Of a stretch of 64,000 nt of DNA, positions 12,762-24,665 are shown one piece after another; positions within the stretch are counted from its first letter, which is position 1; each line of letters begins with the position of its first letter. A model generated the notes under the pieces. The model made no database searches. It saw only the letters and a program-made list of their open reading frames with translations, and was not told the DNA's origin. A program made the position numbers and the translations under genes. The stretch comes from Octopus vulgaris. Lineage: Eukaryota. The DNA is taken from the NCBI GenBank assembly GCA_951406725.2, contig OX597830.1, forward strand, positions 41,912,001-41,976,000. Direction: 5' to 3'.

Positions 12762-13285
12762 CCTGTGCACTCCAACCTTAATCAGAGTCAATTCCGAGCC
12801 CCAAAGACATTAGGAACCCCTATATAACTATAACCTGGTATAGGAGCAGAGTTGTAAAATTGATTATTAGGAGCTAACCTACTTATACTAGAGTTGACAC
12901 TAATTAAATATATTTAATTAGTGCCAATACAGTGTCAATACTAATTAGTATCAGCACAGTGTTAATACAAATACATATGATAAATGATGATGATGCTGAT
13001 GATAGTATTTGATTACAAGAGCATATGTATGAAACACTGAAAGGTGTTTATATGCCAAATGATGTGACTGTAGTAGTCAACAAGTTCAGACAGATACAGT
13101 GATATATTCTTTTATTCTTCTACTTGTTTCTGTCATTTGATTGTGGCCATACTGGGGCACTGCTTTGAATTTTAGTTGAATGAATTGACCCCAACACATC
13201 AAGACCAGTTATCAAGTGGTTTTGTGGGGATAAACACAGATACAAAGACACACACACACATAGATATGTATACATGGATATATAC

Positions 13286-13350
<65 letters not shown>

Positions 13351-13430
13351 TAAATACATATACATAGATATATACATATATATATATCGACACAAATATA
13401 TATACACAGATATACACATACACACAGAGG

Positions 13431-14410
13431 AAAAATGAAAGTTGAAAATGCACTGAGAATTGTTAAAATATTTTTTATTATCATATTTAATTATATTTAA
13501 AGACTTAACCGGTTTCGCAGGTTACATTGATTTTCACAAATTTGAAATAGAAAAACGAGGCTTATGTTGCAGCTGTTTTGCTTCTGACTAGTGCTTGAAG
13601 CTTGCCCTATGTTTATAGGGAGTTCATGGCTCAAATTAGTTTATCTGTGCATGGATAAACAAAGAGTATATTTTCATACAAAAATACAAACCCAGACTTA
13701 ACAAACTTTAATGAAATATATACACAAATAACTATTCACACACAAAACTCATTCTGCCACTTAATATGAGGAACCTACACAGCTAACAACCTAAACTTTA
13801 GCCACTGGACTACATATAAATGACTCCTGTCCACTCTTCCACCAGACAGATTAAGTTTGGAGTGCCTTGATTGTAACTAAATATGATCACTCAACTGTGC
13901 TGGCCTTCATTTTAGGTGCAAAATATACTGCCACATGACACTAATGCATGGACGTAGTGGGAAACGTACAGAAGGTTCTAAACTTAATCATGTGTTCATT
14001 CTTTACAAACACTTGGCAGAAAATATTCAGAACTTTGGTTGTTAAATACTACCACTTGACTTGTTCAGTCAACTGTATCAGCCCTAACTTACTATGCTAA
14101 ACATTGTCCCTTGATACTACAAAAAATTTCTAAGTGGGGAACCCACAAAATATTTCTAAGAGCAGTCATGTGGACTATCCTCTACCAATCAAACCCTATT
14201 CAAAACATGTACTAATTTGAGCCATGAACTCCCTATAAAGATAGGACAAGCTTCAAACACCAGTCAGAAGCAAAACAGCTGAGACATGAGCCATATTTTT
14301 CTATTTCAAACTTTTGAAAATCACTGTAAACTGTGAAACCAGTTAAATCTTTAAATATAATAAAAAATATTTTAACTATTCTCAGTGCATTTTCAATTTC
14401 TAGTTTTTCT
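13431..14410. repeat. About 210-bp inverted repeat pair (13431-13640 / 14210-14410) around a spacer of about 570 bp
   Basis: Arms align as reverse complements, e.g. gggagttcatggctcaaattagt / actaatttgagccatgaactccc. Confidence 0.85.
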
Positions 14411-16747
14411 ATATTTCTACCCATGCTGAATAAAATAACTTTATTTGACATATATTTATACATGGATATATATGAGGGGCTTCTTTCAGTTTCCATTTAC
14501 GAAATCCACTTACAAGGCTTTGGTTGGCTCAAGGCTATATTAGACACTTGCCAAAGAACCAGGTGGTTGGGAAGCAAGCTTCTTACCAAACAGCCATGCT
14601 TGCGCCTATAGAAATATTTTCAATAGAAACTGATTTATTTTTCCAGTTCTGATGGTTGGAAGCCTCTAAAGCTAAAATCTTGGGGTTCAAAGAGATAAAA
14701 AGGTAGTTTTAGTAACTTTTTACTGTAATCATACTGAGAAAACAAATTAAATGAAATACGTTTCTTGGCTTACTCTATCAAATATAATGGTCTTATTTAA
14801 TTCACATCATTTTGAATTAATCATTCATTACCTTGTAGCCTTAAGATTTTAATGATGGTAGAGTTTAGTTTTTGAAATAACATTGTAGGGTGAGTGCAAG
14901 AAGCCAAATCTGGCTAGTTTGAACATAAAACAGATAGAATATTTGGGCTTGATGTGGCCAGTTTAAACACTTGAGAGTTAAAAGAGACAAGTTGCCTGGT
15001 GGAGAAAATGTATGTAAAAAAAAGAAAAGAAAAAAAGACAGTGTTAAACACCGTTATTAATTCCCATCAAATCAATCATTGTAGCCTTAACTTCCTTTTC
15101 TTCAGACCAATCAACCGGATACCACTGCTGGTCCTTTGGTAGAAAATTGCCTGTTTAAAATTGTTCATGTCTCAAAACTTTTACACCATAATTTTATGGT
15201 AGGAACCTTTTGATAAGTTATGTTTTAAGCATCAATTCCAAGTAGAAATATACAGTGAAGTTAGTTGATTGATTAAGTCCTTCAAATTCTCGATTATTTG
15301 CAAAATTATAAGGAATCACATGGGCAATCAGAAACATGGTCCTCAAAGGGTTAAAAACATCTCAAAAAGTACAAGATACAGCATCTCTAAAAATATGGCC
15401 TCCATCGCTGTCAGTTTTTATCACCAATATCTGAAATTGTAATGCGCTGAAATGAATGAACTGGAGTTAAATATGGTTTTCACTGATCAGAAATAAGTCT
15501 TTTATTTAAATCTCCAACAGCTGTTTTTTAAGCACATCATCATCATTTAATGTCTGTTGTCCATGCTGGCATGGGTTGGACGGTCTGACCAGAGCTGGTA
15601 AGCTGAGGGGTTGTACCAGACTCCAGTCTAATTTGGCATGGTTTCTACAGTTGGATGCTCTTCCACTCTGAGAGTGTCAGGGGTGCCAGCTGTGTGACAT
15701 CACTAGGATTTCACTTGGATTGATGGATCTTCTCAAGCACAGCATATTACCAAAGGTCATTTGTCATTGCCTCCATGAGGCCCAATGTTTTAAAGGTACC
15801 TTTTACATGCCACCGACACATCATCAGTTAAATGTCCCCTTTTCCCTGCTTGCATGGGTCAGAAGGAGTTTATTAGAGACAGATTTTCCATGGCTGGATG
15901 CCCTTCTGTTGCCAATCCTCATCTGTTTTCAAGCAAGTTAACGTTTCCCCATCAGCAGACATGTTCTCACAGTATATTGAAAATGAATGACACTGCTTGT
16001 ATGATAGTGACACTCATTTACAACTATTACACAATGTCAAGACAATGAGACATAAGCACACACACATCAATATAATTTAATGTCTGTTTAAATATGATCA
16101 GTGAGTTTCTGACTACCAAATTCACTCACAAGGCTTTGGTCAGCTTGGGATTATAATAGAAGACACTTGCTCAAGGTGTCGCACAGTGGGTTTGAACCCT
16201 AGGGTTGGGAAGCAAACTTGTTACCATACAGTCATACCAGCACCTGTGCAATTAATTCTTTAGTTGTCATAAATAATTATTGGATAATCATCTGAAAATG
16301 TTACCTGATATAGACCAGCATACTAATTAAAGAAAGGTTTATGTCCCATCTGTTTAGTGCCATGGAACCAGAGCTAAGTACAGGTACTTAAGAATATTTT
16401 GTGGCATTGAAGATATTTATGTTACCATTCTGTTTTTTTTTTTTTTTTCAAGAAATGAAGATTGTAAGTGAAGTAGAGTTTAGTTAAGCTATTTGAGATG
16501 GATTCTAAAGTGTTAACAAATGTCTCCAGCCAAAAGAAACTATTCATGATATGGAAGAAGGATTAAGTTATTACCGTGATAAACTGAATTTTATAAGTTT
16601 CACAACCCAGATAAAGTTTCATTTTATGATAGCAAACTGCAAAAGTAACAGCAGGGTCAATAATTTGCATCTAATTATTGCTAATTCACTGTCCTTTTAG
16701 AAACAAGAAAGACACTTAACTCTTAATGGCCCTGTCTCTAGAACAAT

Positions 16748-16779
<32 letters not shown>

Positions 16780-16781
16780 GT

Positions 16782-17058
16782 GGAGGCGCAATGGCCTAGT
16801 GGTTAGGGCAGTGAACTCGCGGTTGTAGGATCGCGGTTTCGATTCCCAGACCGGGCGTTGTGTGTGTTTATTGAGCGAAAATACCTTAAAGCTCCACGAG
16901 GCTCCGGCAGGGGGTGGTGATCCCTGCTGTACTCTTTCACCACTCTTTCTTCTGTTGGCCTGCTCGCTTAGCCAGCGGGGTGGCGTCATTCGAAGGCTAA
17001 AACAATGCGAACGCATTGTGACCAGCGATGTGTAGCAACATCTGATGGTCTGGTCGGT

Positions 17059-17066
<8 letters not shown>
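16782..17066 (+). mobile_element. Young tRNA-derived SINE inserted in (TA)n
   Basis: TGGCCTAGTGGTTAGGGC A-box, GGTTTCGATTCCC B-box, CpG-rich; the head is shared with 48130-48320 (-). Confidence 0.85.
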
Positions 17067-17089
<23 letters not shown>

Positions 17090-17944
17090 AACCTACCTTT
17101 CAGGTGAGGTGTGTTGCTGTAATCAAGAAGGCTGTACTCCATAGCAGAAGTCTTAAGACTGATCCTTCTGGTGGTGCCACATAAAAGCACCCAGCACACT
17201 CTGTAAAGTGATTGGTGTTAGGAAGGGCATCCAGCCATAGAGACCATGTCGACCCATGCCAGCATGGACAATGGATGTTAAATGATGATACACACACACA
17301 CACACATATATCTGTACCATTTGATAGTACAGATACTATTTTTTACGTATAGTTCCATAATTGATTAATTTGTAAATTCATTTAAGTAGGTGTACTGGTT
17401 TTGGTTGATTTACTTTACACACGGTACATGGAAACGAAAGATTTAGTGATATGAAACCCCAAAAGGATGAAAGGTAATGTTAACCTTGGTGGAATTTCAC
17501 AGAAATAACTGAAGGCATTTCGTGAAACACCCTAATAACTTTTATATGTTTCTAATTCAGGGATAAGCCCAGCAATTTTGAGAGTAGGGGCTAGCTGATA
17601 CCACTGATGGCAGTACATGACTGGTACTTAAAATCAATTGCCCATTATAGGATTTGAAGTCAGAATGTAAAGAGCAGGAAGAAATACCACAAGGTATTTT
17701 TCTTGACATTCTTAGTTTTCTACTAACCTTTCACTTTTTAATAATAATAATTGTTCCTTCTTTAGGCATAAGGTCCACAATTCTAATGAGAGGAGTTCAT
17801 TTGATAGCATTGACCTCAATATTTGACTGGTATCTTATTTCAATTAAGCCAGAAAAATGAAAAGCCAAGTTGGGATTTGAACTCAAAATGTAAAGAGTTA
17901 GAACAAATACCACAAAATGTTCAGTTTGCCAGCTTGTCGCATCA

Positions 17945-17989
<45 letters not shown>

Positions 17990-18279
17990 TCTCTCAACTA
18001 CAGGCACAAGGCCTGAAATTTTTTTAGGAGGAGAGCACTAGTCAATTACATTGATCCCAGAGTTCAGCTGATACTTAGTTCACCAACTCCATTAGGATGA
18101 AAGGCAAAGTTGAACTCAGAATGCAGAGACGGATGAAATACTGCTAAGCATTTTTGTCTGGCATGCTAACAATTCTGCCAACTTTCTGCCTTAATAATGA
18201 TGATGATGATGATGATGATAATAATGTTTGCTTTATTGGTCACAAGGGCCAAACTTAATAATAAAAAAAATTATCAACA

Positions 18280-18710
18280 ACCAGGTTTGAGAAATTTGGC
18301 GGGGATATTGGAGTGACATGAGGGTAGAACATGCTCAGGAAACTGCTTTTATTGGGGATAGCACAGATCTTGAGATTGGTACTTGAGTGATAAGCATCAT
18401 GGAAGCAGACCCTGTGAAACCCTTGACAACAGGTCTGCTCTTACAGAATTAGCCAGAGCAAGAGAAATTAAGAAGTCTGAGAAGTGAAATAATAATGCAC
18501 TCTGGGAACAGTGAGCAAAAATCTCAGGAAGTATGTGGAACAAATAGGGGCTGCAATAAGGGTGAAGCACTTGCAGAAAACAGCACTGCTTGGAACCACT
18601 TGAATACTCCAGAAGGGGCTTGAAAAATAAGAGGTGTTACCTTAGTTCACTGGTAGTGAACAGCTGACACTGTAATACATTTCCAGTGTTAGAAGCTGTG
18701 CAAAGGCAAT
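18280..18710 (+). mobile_element. Two adjacent R4/Dong-like (restriction-like endonuclease) LINE 3' ends
   Basis: LGTVSKNLRKYVEQIGAAIRVKHLQKTALLGT and an upstream frameshifted RVEHAQET/LLGIAQILRLVLE; flanked by (AAT)n. Confidence 0.7.
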
Positions 18711-20629
18711 AATAATATTCCTTTCTACTAAAGACACAAGTCCTGAAATTTTGAGGGAGGGGATTAGTTGATTATATTGGCCCGTGTTTCACTGGTACTT
18801 AAATTATGAACTCTGAAAGGATGAAAGGCAAAGCTGAACTCGGTGGAATTTGAGCTTAAAATATAAAGACAGATGAAATGCCGCTAAGCATTTTACCCAC
18901 CGTGCTAATTATTCTGCAAGCTTGCTGCCTTAATAATAATAATTTGTTCTAATTTTGGCACAAGGCTAGCAATTTCGAGGGAAGTAAGTACCATCAATTC
19001 TAGTACTCAACTGTATTTTATTTTATTAACCTTGGAAAGGTGAAAAGGCAAAGATGAGCATAACAGGATTTGAACTTAAAATGTAAAGAGCAAAAAGATA
19101 TACCACAAAGCATTTTCCCTGACTCTTTAATGATGCTGTCATCTTGCCAAAGATAGTTAAGTAGGGATCATTGAAGGAAAAGATTTAAAGAACATCCAAA
19201 TTATATTCAGACTCCTCGAAGCAACAGGATGAAAAAAATATCCTTTGCTTTTGTTTAGTTTATTGTTCCCACTACAGCTCATAATTTAGTACAGTTCTGA
19301 ATAAAATGGCAGAGAGGTAGGAAAAATAAAATAAAATATTATATAATATTATAAAAATGTTAGTTCAATCTAGCCAAAGTAGAGGATATTTTTGTTGTTT
19401 CTTTTTAAATTTCCAATATCTGAAAAATATTGGCACAAAATCAATAAATGAGTGCTTTAATTTATCTTCTTAAACAGCTGGAATAGGATTGGTTTAGTTA
19501 CATTTAGTGCCATCACAACTGCGCATTGTTTTCAGGAACCGAGTTTTTACATTTTAACATGATATTTCTTAATATCAACAGAAAAATTGGCATATATGTA
19601 CATATGCTACACACACACACATAACCTGTGTTATATAGAAATATTCTGATTAAAGAATTCTGGACTTCCAGAAATTGTTAATTATGACCACTAATTTTGG
19701 GGAATTGGCTCACAATTTCACCCTTACCAAAACTCTGGTAAGTTTTAATGATTTTAAAAACAATAATCATCATGTATCTTTATCATTTACTCGTTTCACT
19801 CAGTGGACCACAGCCATGGTGGTGTAATATCATGAAGAGTTTAGTCAAACTAATTAATCTCAATACTTTTTTTCTTTTTAAAGTCTGGCACGCATTCTAC
19901 AGGTCTCTTGCTAAACTGCTAAGTTACAGGGATGTAAACAAACCAACACCAGCAGCCAAGAAATGACAAACACAAAGAATTACCCTTCCGCACCTATATA
20001 TGATGAGCTTCCACACAGTTTCTGTCTACCAAATTCACTCTGAAGGCATTGAAGGCACCTGCTCCCGAGGTGCCACACAGTGGAACTGAACCCAAAACCA
20101 TGTGGTTGCATAGCAACCTTCTTAACCACACAGCCATGCCTGCACCTTATATATTTATAAAAAATAAACTAAAAAAAAAGAATGTATTTGGTGTAAATTT
20201 GTCAACAAACCAGCCATCACAAAAGATGGACATGTTGGGCAGTTTACTAGAAACCCCATGTGTCCAGGAGCTCAATGCTAATCTTATGCCTGCAGTGGTT
20301 TACTGTTTGTCAATAAACACTACAAGCCCCAGTATATTGCTTTCCCCAGTGTTTTATAATGTTGTTAAGAGGGCCCTGCTAAAACTGTTGCTGTGTGATT
20401 TCTTGTCTTTTGCTGCAGTACATACAATATAGAACCTTATTCTTATTTAAGATGACTGAGAAGAAGCCATCTTTTGGAGCAGTTCAAAAGGAAGTTGTAA
20501 AGGATGTGGATGTTAAACTTAATGTTTCACAAAATTTTTGATGTGGTCTTTGTCATGTGGCACACGCAGTAACAGCAAAAAACCCCAATTAACTTTGTTG
20601 TTGCACGCACATACAAATGTCTTATGGTT

Positions 20630-20992
20630 TTGAGTGGCTATGATGCAAGGGGCCAGGGAAAGATCCCCATGCAAGGAATATCACTGTGAGAGAAGATCCA
20701 AAATTAGGTAATTCAAGAACAGAGTGGAATGAATGACATGATCGCAGAATACCAAAGATTCAAGTTCAGCTGGGCCGAATATGCCACAAGGTTCACAGAC
20801 AACAGGTAGATTTGTGCAGTTGCCAATTATCATCCAAGAGATTGGAAAAGGTGACTTGGAAGGCCACTACAATGATGAGAAGATGATTTAGGTAAAGATG
20901 GAAAAGAGTGGTGCAAGCATAAAAGAGCTGGAAGTGCATTGTGACCAGTGATGTATAACAACATTCAATAGTAAGGCTGGCACAGTGATACA
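20630..20992 (+). mobile_element. RTE-clade LINE 3' end remnant
   Basis: Translates as KFSWAEYATRFTDNR*..HPRDWKR*LGRPLQ**EDDL, similar to the RTE C-terminal WAGHVAR..DNRW..PR..KR..GRP..RW.DD. Confidence 0.75.
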
Positions 20993-21496
20993 TGTGGACA
21001 GAGGGCATTTTAAAATGCCACTGGTAACAAAGGGGTCCTCTCATATGGGGAAACAAAAGAGTCTCTTTTATTTGGTATTAGTTCTTAGTTCAGACTAGAA
21101 AGGTTGCTCTGTCTCCTTGCAAAGCTAAAAAGCCCACTTTACATTGTCTTTGTGTGTCCAAAGCAAATGTGAATAGAAAAGACAATGATGACCAAGTGGA
21201 AATTAGGGTAAGAGAAAAAAGAATGAAGTTGGGTTGGTGGGGGAACAGACAGGAGCAAGTGAGTTTTAGGGGAAGGAGTAATGGTAGAGAAACAGTGATA
21301 GGCAGCAACTAACAGTGGGTTATTGGTAATGAGAATACTGAATAGAAAAGCATCATGGGTGATATGATGGGTGGGGTTGGGAAGAGTGAGTAAGAGGAGG
21401 AGACAGGATGATGAAGGGGGCAGTAATGGAAGTGAGAGTGATGTATGTTAACAATGAGAGATAGTAAGAGAGAGAGCAAGTGATAGGTAGCAATTG

Positions 21497-21562
<66 letters not shown>

Positions 21563-22175
21563 GAATTTCAACAGAAAGAGTGATCATGAAGAGTAATGAA
21601 GGCTGATGGTAGGAGTATTGAATATGGACAGATCTGATGCCATCCTTCATTACAGGAAGTGGTATGATAAAGGGTGACAATGGACATGTGATCAAGAAGT
21701 TTGCTTGGCAGCCATATGGTTTCAGATATGACCTTCACAGCACAGTGTGTTGCCTTGGGCATGTGGCTTCTACTGTTGCCTCAGGCTGACCAATGCTTTA
21801 TGAGGAGTGAAATTTGGCCCAAAGTCCTTTACATGCAAGGGCACATGTATGTATGTGAGTATATGTATATATGCACATATATGTATGTGTGTATGTACGT
21901 GTGTGAGTGTGCATGTATGTCTATATATATGTGTGAGTGTGTGTGTAAAAGTTCCTACAGACAGATGTTGTGAACAATGAAACGGTTGAAAATGTAAAGA
22001 ATCTAACTACTTGCTATTCCTTATCTTCTCATACTCTACATGTCTTGTACACACTGGCACATTATAACCATTTTGTTTGTTTTGTTTTCTATTCTTTATC
22101 ATTCTTAGATTCTTATCCTTTGAAATGTGCATTTAGATATACCTTTATAAGCAACAGGAGCTTTTATACACGCAC

Positions 22176-22222
<47 letters not shown>

Positions 22223-22638
22223 GCATGATATGTATATGCATTTGTGTTTGCCTGTGTGTATTTGTGAAAAGAAACTAAATTAAAAATGTCTAACTGAAAA
22301 AGGAAGTGAACACAGCAATGAAGAGGAGGTTGAAGAAAAAAAAAAAATTATTATGGTTGTTCTTTTATTGAATTTCAATAAAGAAATTATTGAATTCCAA
22401 TGCAGAAAAAAAAAATTTAAATATTTTTATAAAAGTATTGAAAATAAAATTCTTTTGAAGTGAGAAATCAATAAACTTAAGCCAAAATTCAGTAAAACAT
22501 GAATTGAAGCTCTGTAGCCCAGAATACAGATGTGTGTGTGTGTGTGTGTGTGTGAGGGTGAGATAGAGAAAGAAAGGAGGACCTGTAAATAAAAATTAAA
22601 CGATTTTTTAAACTGCAAAGCCATATAGATAAACTGAC

Positions 22639-22731
22639 CTTTTATTTGTTTAACCTTTTTGGCCATTTCTTTCTGCTTTTGTCGTTCTAATTTCCTTTGC
22701 ATTTTCAATTCTGCTGCTTGTTGTGCTGCTT
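22639..22731 (-). CDS. BAZ2B: BAZ2B-like exon, coiled-coil (EAAQQAAELKMQRKLERQKQKEMAKKVKQIK)
   Basis: Poly-T tract then gtgcag acceptor, G|gtcagt donor, 93 nt, phase 1/1. Confidence 0.88.
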
Positions 22732-23660
22732 CTGCACGAAGACAAAAAAAAAAAAAAAAAAAAAACAGTAATGATGCAATCACCAGTAAAATATAATACA
22801 TGATGTAAAATGTTGCACTTTGTTGCATATCTTTTAATTTTCAAGTGGTTTTTAGTTGTTAATCTTTCACTCACAGTTTGGATAGACTGGATCTGTCCAA
22901 GTACAGATGTACTGGAAAGACAGAGCCATTGATTCAGATACGATTGGCACAAGACAAGAATATACGTCATGTCACAAAGTCACTTGGCCAACATATTCTA
23001 GCCTTTGTCTTCTCTCAATGCTAATACTCTTGTAATGACCTCTACTCCTCAGAGTTGGCTTGTCTCATGCCAGATCTGCTCAGGTATTACTTTCAACATA
23101 CACATACATTTCCTCTTGCCACACATATTGTTCTTCCCCACCTGCACCCCTAGTCCAGCACTAATTCCTTATGCCTAATTCTCTTCAAAGCAATCTTCTG
23201 GAATTCCTTCCCAGTTCATGTTTTTGTCTGTAATTGCTGACTTGCATCTCTTCAAGAAAAATGTCAACTCTGCAGCAATCTTACTGGTCTCAGAATTTTG
23301 TGAAGCTATTGACCACAGTGCCTTCCTTCAGACCAAAGACCTAACTGATAATATAAGGTTGTCCCCAAAGTTCGTAGAAAGTCTTGGAAAATAATGGTCT
23401 TTATTTTGAGGAATAATTTTTGTTGTTTTTGTTAGTACTTGGCGAGTAAAAATTCAATTTTCGCAAGTGTTTACGAACTTTTGGGACAACCTAATAATAA
23501 TAATAATAATGATGATGATAATTCTTTCTACAACAGGCACAAGAACTATGTAACTGACCCCAGTTAAGCACTGGTGGTGGTGGGGGTGATTACATCAACC
23601 TCAGTGCTTGACTGGTATTTATATTATTGATCCTGGCTGTGGCAGAATTTGAGCTTAAAT

Positions 23661-23880
23661 TAAGGTGGCAAGCTGGAGGAAATGTTAACACGCCAGGCAA
23701 AATGCTCAGTGGCATTTCATCTGTCTTTACATTCTGATTTCAAATTCTGGCGAGGTTGACTTTGCCTTTCATCCTTTCGGAGTCAATAAATTAAGTACCA
23801 GTTGCATGCTGGAGTCGATCTAATTGACTGCCCCCCCTCCCACCCAAAATTTCTGGCTTTGTGCCCAAAGTAGAAAAGAA
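23661..23880 (+). mobile_element. tRNA-derived SINE with a Meta-like central domain and (ATT)n tail (over 15 copies, e.g. 24720-25408 three in tandem on -, 34390-34605 +, 52975-53190 -, 18718-18930 -)
   Basis: Head GGCAAGCTGG..GAGTTCAAATTC; central GACTTTGCCTTTCATCCTTTCGG.GTC.ATAAA..AAGTACCAG resembles the MetaSINE domain as recalled. Confidence 0.8.
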
Positions 23881-24010
23881 TCTGAACTTAGAGACACAAC
23901 CATGTTGTTCAAACGAAGTGGAGGGCAGAAATTACTTCAAATTTTCTTTAGAGATTTCCTGTATCTTGTATTTCCGACAGAAAAAAAAAAAAAAAAAAAA
24001 AACAACTTAC

Positions 24011-24140
24011 CATACTTTTCTTCTTTTCGTTTTTTCTTCAGTGCTAAAGCTTCAGGGTCTAAATTTCTACGCCTTCTTCGATTGAATTGTACTTGAGTAA
24101 ATCGGTCAAAAACCTCATGCTCAGATAACAAAACATATCC
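24011..24140 (-). CDS. BAZ2B: BAZ2B-like exon (GYVLLSEHEVFDRFTQVQFNRRRRRNLDPEALALKKKRKEEKY), basic NLS-like clusters
   Basis: tgtttcag acceptor, G|gtaagt donor, 130 nt, phase 0/1. Confidence 0.9.
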
Positions 24141-24297
24141 CTGAAACAAGACGTGGTTGAACATTTTCAATAATAAATAATTTAAAACTGAGTTTTTTCT
24201 TGAATCTATCTTCAAAGAATATACATTCTACATGCATTCAATACCAATATACATCTTCAAAACACATGACATTCAATACAAATATAGTTCAATTAAA

Positions 24298-24665
24298 ACG
24301 TGGCTGTGTGGTAAGTAGCTTGCTTACTAACCACATGGTTCCAGGTTCATTCCCACTGCGTAGCATCTTGGGCAAGTGTCTTCCACTATAGCCTCAGGCC
24401 GACCAAAGCCTTGTGAGTGGATTTGGTAGATGGAAACTGAAAGAAGCCCATCATATATATGTATGTGTGTCTGTGTTTGTCTGCCCAACATCGCTTGACA
24501 ACCGATGGGGGTGTGTTTTCGTCCCTGTAACTTAGCGGTTCGGCTAAAGAGACCGATAGAATAAGTACTAGGCTTACAAAAAATAAGTCCTGGGGTCGAT
24601 TTGCTTGACTAAAAAGCGGTGCTCCAGCATGCCACAGTCAAATGACTGAAACAAGTAAAAGAGTA
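24298..24665 (+). mobile_element. tRNA-derived SINE, dominant family (many copies, e.g. 51212-51592 +, 45305-45679 -, 55760-56138 -, 56271-56710 +, 48880-49192 +)
   Basis: A-box TGGCTGTGTGG, B-box GGTTCA.TCC, body GGCAAGTGTCTTCTACTATAGCC...GGAAACTGAAAGAAGCCC, internal (TG)n and a conserved tail. Confidence 0.9.
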
